The notes under the pieces are model-generated. The model searched no databases. It had not been told where the DNA came from and saw nothing but the letters and a program-made list of their open reading frames with translations. This document shows positions 1 through 10,484 of a stretch of 64,000 nt of DNA, piece after piece; positions within the stretch are counted from its first letter, which is position 1, and each line of letters starts with the position of its first letter. The position numbers and the translations under genes were made by a program. Origin of the DNA: a bacterium (GTDB taxonomy: Bacteria > SM23-31); NCBI GenBank assembly GCA_965249485.1, contig OZ252239.1:352001-416000 (forward strand). The letters are read 5' to 3'.

Positions 1-2
1 AA

Positions 3-365
3 TGTCTTGCCGAATACAAAAAAATCCTGAGCGATGAGCAATCGTTCTTTGAGAAGGAAAAAATTGTCAGAGGGCCCGTTGTAATTTACTCACCTCATTA
101 CCATTCCGAAAATTTTGTCAAAGAATTTTCGAATCTGATAAAAGATGCGAGTGTCGATTCGGTCATTATTGTAAAAACTCCTACGGAAAACAGTATGACG
201 AAATATTCCATCCGCCGTGGAGAGTTAGAAATTAATCTGGGAGAAATCCTGAAGGATTTAGGTGTCGGCGGAGGAAATCCATTTGCTGCCGGATGCAATG
301 TCAGAAATGAAGAAGAATTCGAAAAAGATTTTTTCAGGAAATTAGAAGCGTGGGGAATAGCGTAA
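3..365 (+). CDS. 3' end of a DHH/DHHA1-domain protein (partial, runs off the window start)
   Basis: Frame 3 is open from the edge to TAA 363-365 and reads ...KYSIRRGELEINLGEILKDLGVGGGNPFAAGCNV..., matching the DHHA1 S-x-R and GGGH..AAG signature (H replaced by N). Confidence 0.6.
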   Translation, partial: CLAEYKKILSDEQSFFEKEKIVRGPVVIYSPHYHSENFVKEFSNLIKDASVDSVIIVKTPTENSMTKYSIRRGELEINLGEILKDLGVGGGNPFAAGCNVRNEEEFEKDFFRKLEAWGIA

Positions 366-440
366 CTTTAATTTCCATAGATCACTTGATGACCTTTTGA
401 TTTACAATTTCACGAATTGTAAAAAAAGGAAACCATCTTT

Positions 441-1282
441 ATGGCTACGATATCAACTTTCCTTTTGCCTACCGATTTTTCAGATTGTTCTTATTAGGCA
501 CTCCGACATGCCTTGAGAATCTGTACCAGCTTTGACGCTCACCTTATATTATTCCACGTAATGACGGTTTTCGATGATGATCCCGACAGGGTGAAAAACG
601 GATTCCCGGAAATGGAAAAACTGATCGATTTTTATGAGAAACAAAATGCGGAGCATTTCGAGTCCTACCGGAAATTGTTTCATGAACACATTGTCTCTTT
701 TACTGAGAAGACCATCCGTGGTTTCTCGGTAACGGAGGAGATCCTCCGCTACGAAAAAGAGAACGATATATCGATCTGATCATTATGGGAACGCATGGCC
801 GCGGCTTGCTAAGTCATTTTGTGCTTGGGAACGAGGCTGAGCGGGTCACACGGTATTCATCATGCCCGGTTATGACGGTAAATCAACTCGGACATCAGAT
901 TGATATTGCGGATGAATATAACAATATTCTCGTGCCACACGATTCTTCGGAGTATTCAACAGCCGGACTCCGGTATGCGATTGCTCTTGCCGATATGTTT
1001 GATGCCTCGATCACAATACAACATATCTTCGAGACATTCCCTCATCCTGCTATATACATGCAAAATGCAGACACACCTGCACTGTCCAGCATGGAAATGA
1101 AAACACGAGCTAAAGAGATCATTAGACACAGAGAAGAATACGATATCGATCTTGTCATAATGAGTACCCGCGGCCACGGAGCACTCGAAGCGTTCTTCAT
1201 TGGGACAACTGCAGATAAGATTATCAGAAAAGTGCCCTGCCCGGTTCTCGCTGTCAAAGAGCACCAGCGTGACTTTATTTAG
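441..1282 (+). pseudogene. Tandem-domain universal stress protein (UspA/UspE-like), disrupted
   Basis: ATG 441 MATISTFLLPTDFSDCSY, then in-frame TAG 495-497. Frameshift near 765-779 (gatatatcgatctg where gat atc gat ctg, DIDL, is expected). Frame resumes MGTHGRG...AERV...CPV; second domain ILVPHDSS...STRGHG...GTTADKIIRKVPCPVL looks internally shortened. Confidence 0.85.
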
Positions 1283-1560
1283 GATTACTGCAACAGCGCT
1301 TATATTCATTCATCATAACAATCTCCTATTCCAAATTTTATTATTATAAAACCAACACATCATACTGAGATGATTCCAGAACATTATTCTCAAGAATCGG
1401 AAATACTAGTCTCAAGAACCTTGTCGATAATGTACAAAAAATCAGGTTTGATGACTCACGTTTGGATAAGCTTATTGACATTGTACTGAAGTGAAACAGT
1501 AACTGTTGTTTCGTATTCATTCTTCGTTCCCTGGATTGTGAATTGATTCTTAAAAACTCC

Positions 1561-1589
1561 TTGCATTTTAGTTGTAAAAAAACTATCTT
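1561..1589 (+). promoter_or_regulatory. Putative sigma-70 promoter upstream of gyrA
   Basis: TTGCAT-N17-TATCTT, about 370 nt before the gyrA ATG. Confidence 0.4.
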
Positions 1590-1960
1590 TTTTGAATTAT
1601 ATTTATTTAAAATTGTCCTTTAAATTATTACAACCAGAGAGATCAATTAAGCGAGTTATGAATAGTCTCATGTGCTTACGCGGGGCACACGAATGTATTC
1701 CAGATACAATAAAACAACTACCTTCAATTATCCCTATTTTCTCACAACGGTTTAGCATCTGTTTTTCCCCTCTTCTCATATGTATTCCTCCAAGAATACA
1801 AACCGTGTATCGTTTGCCGGAGTCTGCTATTAAATATTTTGGATATCTGAGAATACTGAGCGTTAATACGTTAAGGACAATAAGTTTTATATAAGCAGTA
1901 CATTTCGCTTTAGTGATAATCATGTCGAAATGGAGGAATTAAAAAGGAGATTCATATTTT

Positions 1961-4489
1961 ATGAGTGCGAGCAGCGGCGAAAATATTGTAACGAGATACC
2001 TTGAAGATGAAATGCGAGATTCCTACATCGATTATTCGATGTCGGTTATTGTTTCGCGTGCACTGCCGGATGTCAGGGACGGGCTTAAGCCGGTCCACCG
2101 GAGAATATTATTTGCTATGAGCGAATTGAACTTGGCTCATAACCGTTCTTTTAAAAAGAGTGCACGACTGGTCGGTGAAGTTATGGGTAAGTATCATCCG
2201 CACGGTGATGCTGCTATTTATGAGACCTTCGTCCGTATGGCGCAGAATTTCTCGTTGCGTTATCCGCTCGTCAACGGGCAAGGTAACTTCGGTTCCGTCG
2301 ATGGCGATCCTGCGGCGGCAATGCGGTATACTGAGGTCAAGATGACGGAAATTGCCGGCGAGCTGCTTAAAGATATCGAAAAAGATACCGTCGATTTCGG
2401 AATGAACTTTGATGACACCTTGAAAGAACCGAAAATACTGCCCTGTAATTTTCCAAACCTCCTTGTCAACGGCTCCTCTGGAATCGCTGTTGGAATGGCA
2501 ACAAACATACCACCTAATAATCTGGGTGAAGTGATCGACGGCGCTCTTGCTCTTATCGAGAATCCCGAATCCACTATTCCTGAACTCATGGAGTTTATTA
2601 AAGCTCCCGATTTTCCAACTGGCGGTATTATCTTCGGTATGGAAGGTGTTCGAAGTGCATACTTGACAGGACGCGGAAGAGTTCTTATCAGGGCACGAGT
2701 CTCCTTTGAAAAACAGCCGAGCGGCAGAGAAAATATCATTGTCTCCGAAATACCGTTTCAGGTTAATAAATCTTCTCTCATTCAAAAAATTGTCTACCTC
2801 GCAAAAGAGAAAAAAATAACCGGTATCAGCGATATTAGAGACGAATCCGACCGGGACGGGATGCGTATTTTTATTGAATTGAAAAAAGATATGTATCCCG
2901 AAGTTGTTCTCAATCAACTGTATAAACACACACAGATGCAATGGACATTCGGTGTTATCCTTCTCGCTCTTGTAAACGGTGAACCGAAAGTGCTCAACCT
3001 GAAGCAGATGCTCCAGCATTTCATCGATCACCGTCATGTAGTGATTACCCGGAGAACGCAGTTTGAACTCGATGAATCTGAAAAACGAGCGCATATTCTG
3101 GAAGGATTAAAAATTGCGCTCGATAATATCGACGCAATCGTGGAGCTGATAAAAAAATCGAATAATCCTGAAGATGCCCGGATTAATCTGATGAAACAAT
3201 TCAAACTATCGGAAATTCAGGCAAAAGCGATCCTCGAAATGCGCCTCCAGCGACTAACAGGCCTCGAGCGGGAAAAAATCGAAACCGAATACCGTGAGAC
3301 GATCCAGCTTATAGAGAAATTAAAATCGATCCTGCAGAGCAAACAACTCCGTATGGAGATTATTAAAGAAGATTTACAGATTCTGAGAAAAAAGTATTCC
3401 GACAACCGGCGTACGGACATTATCGCCGACTATTCGGAATTCACCATAGAAGATATGATTGCAGAAGAAGATATGGTGATTACTATATCTCATCAGGGAT
3501 TTATCAAACGGTTTCCGGTATCTGGTTACCGGCGCCAAAACAGAGGTGGCCGGGGTTCTACAGGAGCCCAGACGAAGGAAGAGGATTACGTAGAACACCT
3601 GTTTATCGCATCGACGCATCACTATATCCTGTTCTTCACTGAACGTGGACGTTGTTTCTGGCTGAAAGTACATGAAATCCCACTGGGCGGCAAAGCAACA
3701 AAGGGCCGCGCCATTATAAATTTACTGCAAAAAGATAAAGACGATAAACTGCGGACGTTTGTTACGGTCAAGGAATTTGATCCTGACAGACATATTATCA
3801 TGGCTACCAAGCGGGGTATAGTCAAAAAAACTTCGTTGAGTTCGTACAGTCATCCTCGCCGTGGTGGAATTAACGCTATTTCAATCCGGGAAAATGACGA
3901 GCTCATTGAAGCCGAATTAACCGATGGCACTCAGGATGTCGTGCTCGGCACCTATCACGGAAAGGCCATTCGTTTCAAGGAGACCGATGCACGAGCAATG
4001 GGACGCACGGCATCCGGGGTAATGGGAATCCGGCTCAGAAAAGATGACTATGTCGTCGGCATGGTCGTTATAAAACGGGATACCACACTGATGGTCGTTA
4101 CGGAAAACGGCTATGGCAAGCGGAGCAATATGCAGGACTACCGGATTACCAGACGTGGTGGCAAAGGTATCATTACGATCAAGACGACCGAAAAAGTCGG
4201 CTACATGGTGACTATACAGGAAGTAGTCAATGACGACGACTTGATGATTATTACTGCCAAGGGCGTTATTATACGGCTGAAATTGCATGGTGTAAATATA
4301 ATTGGAAGAAATACACAGGGAGTCCGTCTCATTAAACTGGATGAAGGTGACCGGATTGCAGATGTGACGCGAGTAGCAAAGACTGAAAACGACGATATCG
4401 ACGATGAGCAACTGGACGAACAAACCGAAGACTCGCAGGAAAACGACGAAGACTCACAGGAAAGCGACACTGTTCCGTCCGTTGAGTAA
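1961..4489 (+). CDS. gyrA: DNA gyrase subunit A
   Basis: [24 protein letters not shown], catalytic AAMRYTE, GyrA-box QNRGGRG, beta-pinwheel repeats, acidic tail. Confidence 0.98.
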   Translation: MSASSGENIVTRYLEDEMRDSYIDYSMSVIVSRALPDVRDGLKPVHRRILFAMSELNLAHNRSFKKSARLVGEVMGKYHPHGDAAIYETFVRMAQNFSLRYPLVNGQGNFGSVDGDPAAAMRYTEVKMTEIAGELLKDIEKDTVDFGMNFDDTLKEPKILPCNFPNLLVNGSSGIAVGMATNIPPNNLGEVIDGALALIENPESTIPELMEFIKAPDFPTGGIIFGMEGVRSAYLTGRGRVLIRARVSFEKQPSGRENIIVSEIPFQVNKSSLIQKIVYLAKEKKITGISDIRDESDRDGMRIFIELKKDMYPEVVLNQLYKHTQMQWTFGVILLALVNGEPKVLNLKQMLQHFIDHRHVVITRRTQFELDESEKRAHILEGLKIALDNIDAIVELIKKSNNPEDARINLMKQFKLSEIQAKAILEMRLQRLTGLEREKIETEYRETIQLIEKLKSILQSKQLRMEIIKEDLQILRKKYSDNRRTDIIADYSEFTIEDMIAEEDMVITISHQGFIKRFPVSGYRRQNRGGRGSTGAQTKEEDYVEHLFIASTHHYILFFTERGRCFWLKVHEIPLGGKATKGRAIINLLQKDKDDKLRTFVTVKEFDPDRHIIMATKRGIVKKTSLSSYSHPRRGGINAISIRENDELIEAELTDGTQDVVLGTYHGKAIRFKETDARAMGRTASGVMGIRLRKDDYVVGMVVIKRDTTLMVVTENGYGKRSNMQDYRITRRGGKGIITIKTTEKVGYMVTIQEVVNDDDLMIITAKGVIIRLKLHGVNIIGRNTQGVRLIKLDEGDRIADVTRVAKTENDDIDDEQLDEQTEDSQENDEDSQESDTVPSVE

Positions 4490-4913
4490 GCATTTTACCG
4501 TTATTGATCACACAGCAGACACAGGAGTACAATGTGTCGGAGAAACAAAAGAGGAAGTGTTTGAAGCAGCAGCAGAGGGGATGTTCTCCATCCTTACCGA
4601 TCTCAAATCTATAGCTGTCAAGAAGCATCGTACTCTTAATGTACAAGCGGAAACCTGCGATGAACTTTTAGTGATGTGGCTGCAGGAGCTGTTGTTTCTT
4701 TTTTCAACTGAACAGTTACTATTTTCAACATTTTCCGTACGTATCGAAAACATTACCGACAACACCTTTTTGCTGGTCGGAACCTGCGGCGGGGAGCAGA
4801 ATGATGGTAACCGCCACAGTATCAACACAGAGGTTAAAAGCGTAACATATCATCAATTAACCGTACAAAACTTACACGATCATTGGGAAGCAAAGGTGAT
4901 TTTTGACATATGA
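4482..4913 (+). CDS. Archease (RtcB activator family)
   Basis: DHTAD N-terminal motif, EVKSVTYH, C-terminal IFDI. The TTG at 4482 overlapping the gyrA stop is the likely start. Confidence 0.92.
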   Translation: MSKHFTVIDHTADTGVQCVGETKEEVFEAAAEGMFSILTDLKSIAVKKHRTLNVQAETCDELLVMWLQELLFLFSTEQLLFSTFSVRIENITDNTFLLVGTCGGEQNDGNRHSINTEVKSVTYHQLTVQNLHDHWEAKVIFDI

Positions 4914-5581
4914 AAACACAAAAATCTACAAAGCCGAGGAAAATCTCCGATTCTACTATTCGGAGATTGTCGATCTATCATAACACATTGAGCTTTCTTG
5001 ATAAAACCGGTGTAAAAACAATATCTTCGAAACGGCTGGCTGAGATTGAAAGCTTCACACCAGCACAGATTCGGAAAGACCTTTCATATTTCGGTTCTTT
5101 CGGACGTAGAGGTCTCGGGTACAATGTTGTTTCACTCAAGAAAAAAGTCGGTTCCATTCTCGGTCTTAATAAACACTGGAATGTTGTGCTGATCGGGGCC
5201 GGACATCTTGGCAATGCGCTCCTCAACTATGAAGAAATTGATAAAAAACAGTTCCACATAGTAAAAATTTTCGACAAAGATTCTAAGATAATTGGAAAAA
5301 AAATCAAGAGTGTTCCGGTCTATAACATTAGCCAAATGGAGCGCCGCATTGATCCAAAGAAGGACAATCTTGCTATTTTGACAATTCCGCCTCAAGATGT
5401 ACAGTCGGTCATTGACAGGCTCGGTAACATAGGGATTAAAGGTGTCCTCTATTTTGCATCGAAGTCAGTCAGCGTACCGAAAAATATGTATATCCGCAAT
5501 GAAGATACGACAATTGAGCTTGAAACGCTTACATACCATATTACACACAGAACAAAGCATATGACTAAAACTATTCTGTGA
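4910..5581 (+). CDS. rex: Redox-sensing transcriptional repressor Rex
   Basis: TIRRLSIY, ISSKRLAE...AQIRKDLSYFGSFGRRGLGY winged helix; IGAGHLG NADH-binding motif. Confidence 0.95.
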   Translation: MKTQKSTKPRKISDSTIRRLSIYHNTLSFLDKTGVKTISSKRLAEIESFTPAQIRKDLSYFGSFGRRGLGYNVVSLKKKVGSILGLNKHWNVVLIGAGHLGNALLNYEEIDKKQFHIVKIFDKDSKIIGKKIKSVPVYNISQMERRIDPKKDNLAILTIPPQDVQSVIDRLGNIGIKGVLYFASKSVSVPKNMYIRNEDTTIELETLTYHITHRTKHMTKTIL

Positions 5582-5650
5582 GTCTGGCTGTATTGAGCCG
5601 CCAACGACATTTTACACGTAAAAACGACACTCCATAAAACGAATAACTTT

Positions 5651-6841
5651 ATGCCAAAGAAGACAAATCATACTATTTTCACAAGAGCGCGAGAACTATT
5701 TGATGAGCTCGTCACTATCCGGCGGCATCTGCATACCATTCCTGAGTTGGGCAACAAAGAAACAAAAACATCTGACTATATTGCCCTGCTGCTTGAGTCG
5801 TGGTCAATCTCATTTGAACGCGGTATTGGCGGAACTGGGATTGCGATAAATCTCAACCATGATCCGAAGCGAAAAACTGTTGCACTTCGGGCAGACATGG
5901 ATGCACTTCCAATTCTTGAACAAACCGGTCTTTCGTTTGCCTCGGAACATGAGGGGTGTATGCATGCGTGTGGACACGACATGCACATGACCTGTCTGCT
6001 GGGAGCTCTCAGAATCCTCAAAGAACGTGAAGAGACACTCCCTGTCAATATTAAAGCCATTTTTCAGCCTGCAGAAGAACTTGTCCCCGGTGGAGCGCCA
6101 GCTGTCATTAATGACGGTTTTCTGGAAAACCCAAACGTTAATTCAATATTCGGACTCCATGTCGAACCCTATCTTGAGACCGGAAATATTGCTGTCACAC
6201 CTGGAGCCATGATGGCATCAACCGCGGCTTTTACCATCCACATTATAGGCAAAGGCGGCCATGCTGCATCACCATATAACTGTATCGACCCTATTCCCAT
6301 TGCCGCGCAGATTATCACTGCGCTTCAGACTATCCCAAGTAGGATGATCGATCCGCTCACTCCTGTTGTTGTGAGTGTTACCAAAATGAATGCCGGAACA
6401 GCAATGAATATTATACCTGAATCGGCTGTTCTGGAAGGAACGGTTCGTTCGCTTGGCAGAGAGACAAAAGTCGTTTTACCTAAAAAAATGGAAAAGATTA
6501 TCAGAGGTATCACCTCTGCTTCTGGTTCGGACTATACTTTTGAATATAACGTCGGTACCGATGTTTTGGTGAATGACGAGCAGATGACCGAACATGTCCG
6601 GACAATCGGCAGAACACTTTTTGGCGATGCATCAGTACATGATTATGTGCCGACATTCGGCGGTGAGGACTTTGCTGATTATCTGAATGAAGTTCCTGGC
6701 TGTTTTTTCCGGCTCGGTTGTTACAGCGGATCGGGAAATCAAGTTCCACTTCACAATCCTGCCTTCAGCCCCGATGAGCAGGCGCTAGTCTACGGAGCCG
6801 CAATGCTGGCCGGTATTGCCGCAGAATACAACTCAATATAA
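5651..6841 (+). CDS. M20D family amidohydrolase
   Basis: RRHLHTIPELG, LRADMDALP, MHACGHD, FQPAEE, GKGGHA, GGEDF, LHNPAF. Confidence 0.93.
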   Translation: MPKKTNHTIFTRARELFDELVTIRRHLHTIPELGNKETKTSDYIALLLESWSISFERGIGGTGIAINLNHDPKRKTVALRADMDALPILEQTGLSFASEHEGCMHACGHDMHMTCLLGALRILKEREETLPVNIKAIFQPAEELVPGGAPAVINDGFLENPNVNSIFGLHVEPYLETGNIAVTPGAMMASTAAFTIHIIGKGGHAASPYNCIDPIPIAAQIITALQTIPSRMIDPLTPVVVSVTKMNAGTAMNIIPESAVLEGTVRSLGRETKVVLPKKMEKIIRGITSASGSDYTFEYNVGTDVLVNDEQMTEHVRTIGRTLFGDASVHDYVPTFGGEDFADYLNEVPGCFFRLGCYSGSGNQVPLHNPAFSPDEQALVYGAAMLAGIAAEYNSI

Positions 6842-7010
6842 TTGAGCCCGATAGAATTCTGTAATCTGCCCGACAGGCGAAACACATTATTGCTATTTGG
6901 CGCAAACTCACCACAACAATTCTCTTTGCTTTTCTCATCAAGCAATACTATTTTGAATAGGTCCGGTGCAGAGTGCATCAGGACAGGCTTAACAATGATC
7001 CGGCTCAACG

Positions 7011-7751
7011 ATGAATGATACATCTCCGCTTGTAATTAATAATATTTCAAAATCGTACCCTCTAGGACGCTCCGATAGTCTGCAGGCGCTGAAAAATTTG
7101 AGTATCACATTACGCCCCGGTGAGATTTACGGTTTTCTCGGCCAGAACGGAGCCGGAAAAACAACTACACTGAAAATTCTCCTCGATCTTATCAGAGCAG
7201 ATTCCGGTACTTCCACCATTTTCGGCCATTCAACTACAAAGCATAGAGCTCGGTCGCAGGTCGGATTTGTTCCCGAGGAAGCTGGATTCTACGGATTTCT
7301 TACAGGATTGGAAATGCTCAAGGTGTGCGCCCAGCTTTTCGGTATTTCTCGCTCGGAGCAGAAAAACGAATTGGAAAGGATTATTTCGCTGGTATCACTT
7401 GAGCAAGAAGTGACAAAAAAAATCAAGACCTACTCGAAAGGTGTACGACAGCGACTTTCCATAGCACAGGCTCTGCTGATGAATCCCCGGCTGCTGCTGC
7501 TCGATGAGCCTACTTCCGGGCTTGATCCGGTCGCCACCATTGATCTTCGTGATATATTGATCAACTTAAAACAGCAAGGGGCTACCATTTTTCTCTGCTC
7601 ACATCTGCTGACTGAAGCCGAAAAAATTGTCGACCGAATCGGAATTCTGAAAGAAGGAGTACTGATCGAGGAGACTGATGTAGAATCGGTTAAATCAACA
7701 ATGACACTGGAAAATTTCTTTTTGAAAATAGTGGGAGCTCTGCCGGAATAG
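7011..7751 (+). CDS. ABC transporter ATP-binding protein (ABC-2 exporter type)
   Basis: Walker A GQNGAGKTT, signature YSKG, Walker B LLLLDEP, H-loop SH. Confidence 0.95.
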   Translation: MNDTSPLVINNISKSYPLGRSDSLQALKNLSITLRPGEIYGFLGQNGAGKTTTLKILLDLIRADSGTSTIFGHSTTKHRARSQVGFVPEEAGFYGFLTGLEMLKVCAQLFGISRSEQKNELERIISLVSLEQEVTKKIKTYSKGVRQRLSIAQALLMNPRLLLLDEPTSGLDPVATIDLRDILINLKQQGATIFLCSHLLTEAEKIVDRIGILKEGVLIEETDVESVKSTMTLENFFLKIVGALPE

Positions 7752-7767
7752 CCGGCTACAATCGGAC

Positions 7768-8580
7768 ATGAATGCAATAATAAAAATAACTGCACGGGAT
7801 ATGCTGTTCCGACTTGAATATGCAGCCGTACTCAGTATCGGCGTAATATTTACTATTCTTTTTGGAGTGTTCTATGTTAACGATACACTTGCTGAGCAGG
7901 TTCTGACACTGGCTTCGGCTTCCTCTTCGAGCAGTTTACCACTACCGCGTGATATCCTCGTTTCAACAATGTTTTTGGTCGGAGAATTTTTTGTGACAAT
8001 CATAGCACTCGTGACCTTGCCACAACTTATTGTCAGGGATGAACAGCAGAAAACTCTCCCTCTTTTTCTGTCAAAACCAATTCCGAGATGGAACTACTAT
8101 TTCGGGAAATACATTGGAGGTACATCAACATTGAGTGCTTCAATGTGTATTCTGGCAGCACTTATCTCTGTTTTTGTATTCATTCAGTCCCCCTCTCTTT
8201 TATCGGTGGTGGCTATTTCTACGATTTTTCTGGCCCTCAAAATTGCCCTGCTGAGTGCGCTCATCATGAGTCTCTCACTGCGATTTTCAGAATGGGTGGG
8301 AACTATCATTGCATTCTTGTACTACATCGGAGGCCATTTTAACTTTCTGTTTCCTTATTGGGGATCGGCTTATCCGGGGACCTGGGGTGATATGATGTTA
8401 ACGGCATACTACATTCTTCCCGATCTGACACCGGTCAGTTCTTGGTCACTCCTCTCGGCCGCGGTTGAGAACTACCCTCTGGATATTAATTATGGCTACT
8501 GGTTCCTCAAACAAACTGGAATTTATACTATAGGATTTTTATTTCTCGGTTATGATTCATTTCGAAAAAAGTCTTTTTAG
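7768..8580 (+). CDS. ABC-2 type transporter permease
   Basis: About 6 hydrophobic segments; DEQQKTL..FLSKPIPR...FGKY motif; follows the ATPase. Confidence 0.85.
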   Translation: MNAIIKITARDMLFRLEYAAVLSIGVIFTILFGVFYVNDTLAEQVLTLASASSSSSLPLPRDILVSTMFLVGEFFVTIIALVTLPQLIVRDEQQKTLPLFLSKPIPRWNYYFGKYIGGTSTLSASMCILAALISVFVFIQSPSLLSVVAISTIFLALKIALLSALIMSLSLRFSEWVGTIIAFLYYIGGHFNFLFPYWGSAYPGTWGDMMLTAYYILPDLTPVSSWSLLSAAVENYPLDINYGYWFLKQTGIYTIGFLFLGYDSFRKKSF

Positions 8581-9523
8581 ATATAAGTATGTTACGAGAG
8601 CGAAAAGTATCGCTCTCCCCTTCTTATCATTGCTTGTCATTTTTTCATCATGCGGCACCAAAAAAGAAATTCCCCTGTTCAGTGGTGATAATTCCTTTGC
8701 ATATTTGACGACACAAACCGATTTTGGTCCCCGAAATCCCGGCTCATCCGGGCACAGTAAGTGCCGTGACTATCTAATTACAGAGTTCTCAAAGTTTGCA
8801 GATCAGGTCAACAGACAGGATTTTGACTTTACCGACGAATTCACTGATTCGTCGTTTATATTGACAAACATTATCGCGTCTTTCAATCTAAATCCTCCTG
8901 GAAACAGGAGAATTCTGCTGACGGCTCATTGGGATACCCGCCCGTATGCCGACGGTGATAGTCTATCACCTGACAGAAACACACCCATCCTCGGCGCTAA
9001 TGACGGTGCATCGGGTGCCGCGGTACTCCTTGAACTCGCTTCGGTTCTACATAATAATCCGCCGCCGATTGGTGTCGATATTATTCTTTTCGACGGTGAG
9101 GATTACGGCCGGACAAACCAAAATGGACTCGATTATTACTTTATTGGTTCCAAACATTTTGCTGAAAACAAAGGTGATTACCGTCCCGACTATGCGATAC
9201 TGCTCGATATGGTAGGAAGTGCCGCACCGCAGTTCTATATTGAGGGATATTCGAACCAGTATGCTCCCACAATCGTGCGAAAATTATGGAACAAAGCCCG
9301 TGATCTGGGCTATACCGAATTTGTCAATCAGATGGGAGCGGGAATCAATGACGATCATGTTATCCTCAATCAAGCTGGAATTCCGACTGTGAATATTATC
9401 GATATCAATGCGCAAAAGTTAAACTATCCCTACTGGCATACTCTTGAAGACACACCCGATAAATGCAGCGCTGAAACTCTTGGTAAAATTGGAACATTGC
9501 TGCTCAATGTGATCTATGAATAA
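8552..9523 (+). CDS. M28 family peptidase / glutaminyl-cyclase-like lipoprotein (start uncertain)
   Basis: Lipobox-like FSSC; FGPRNPGS, AHWDTRP, GANDGASG, FDGED, LLDMVG, DDH, YWHT. Confidence 0.88.
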   Translation: MIHFEKSLFRYKYVTRAKSIALPFLSLLVIFSSCGTKKEIPLFSGDNSFAYLTTQTDFGPRNPGSSGHSKCRDYLITEFSKFADQVNRQDFDFTDEFTDSSFILTNIIASFNLNPPGNRRILLTAHWDTRPYADGDSLSPDRNTPILGANDGASGAAVLLELASVLHNNPPPIGVDIILFDGEDYGRTNQNGLDYYFIGSKHFAENKGDYRPDYAILLDMVGSAAPQFYIEGYSNQYAPTIVRKLWNKARDLGYTEFVNQMGAGINDDHVILNQAGIPTVNIIDINAQKLNYPYWHTLEDTPDKCSAETLGKIGTLLLNVIYE

Positions 9524-10437
9524 ATCCCAAAAAAACTGGTACTCCCTAACGATATCATTTTCCGATTCCAAAGCGAAATACAACACACCTCTTTCACTTG
9601 CTGAGAACACGTTTGAAACATTGTCGGTAAAATGCTCCGAGTTGGAATCATGCGGGACGGAAATACGAGACAGTCTGCTGATCGCTTATTTTACCGATAA
9701 TAGTTGGAAAGATACGATTGCTGAAGAAATGAAACATTATTGTGAAAGTCTTGCAGCAATAGGATCTTTGCCGTCCGTTCCTGATTTTAAGATAGATGTA
9801 ATTGCTGATGACGATTGGGCGGAAAACTGGAAACTCCATTTTCAACCTGTTGCAATCGGTAAACGCTTTCTTGTCGTACCACCTTGGGAAAACGAGAGAG
9901 GATTTCCTGGGAGAGTGACGATCATCATTGAACCGGGAATGGTATTCGGAAACAGGATGTCACGCATCGACACAGCTAGCACTTGAACTGTTTGAGGATT
10001 ATTTTTTACCCGGAATGTCTGTGTGCGATGTGGGAACAGGTACCGGCGTTATTGCAATTGCGGCCGCAAAAATTGGTGCGAATAATGTGTTTGCGTTCGA
10101 CAACGATCCCAAAGCAATCGAATATGCCCACAAATGTATTGCAATCAACAATGTTACAGAGACTGTTGCGGCAGAGGTCCACGAAATCGCTGCTCCTCCC
10201 GACGGTCAATTTAATATTGTTACTGCCAATATAAATCGTTCGATATTGACCACATATGCATCCGCACTGACAAGAATCACTATCTCTAGCGGATATATCA
10301 TCATGTCGGGACTTGAAATCGGAGAAGAAGAGAGCGTGATACATGCTTTTGAGACAATTTCTTGCACATTAGAAAAAAAGATTGAACGATTGGGATGGAT
10401 AGGGCTTGCGTTTCAGCTTAGGGGGAATCAAAGCTGA
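9516..10437 (+). pseudogene. prmA: Ribosomal protein L11 methyltransferase, split by a +1 frameshift (real lesion or sequencing error)
   Basis: DWAENWK...VVPPW...IEPGMVFG in one frame, TGCHASTQL...DVGTGTG...ANI in another. ttcggaaacagga (about 9945-9957) has one extra A compared with FGTG. Confidence 0.85.
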
Positions 10438-10484
10438 AATTTTCTTAAATGGTACTCTTATTGTCATGTTACTCTATTGAGCAA

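Noticed and set aside
1536..1553. Rex-box-like TTGTGAA-ttga-TTCTTAA upstream of the gyrA-archease-rex promoter
   Set aside because: The right half-site has two mismatches in AT-rich DNA. Possible, but not supportable without a genome-wide profile.
2108..3094. Long antisense or alternative-frame ORFs (for example 2108-3094, 33010-33891, 40417-41163, 52627-52941)
   Set aside because: They overlap well-supported genes or tmRNA on the other strand and have no recognisable motifs; these are shadow ORFs.
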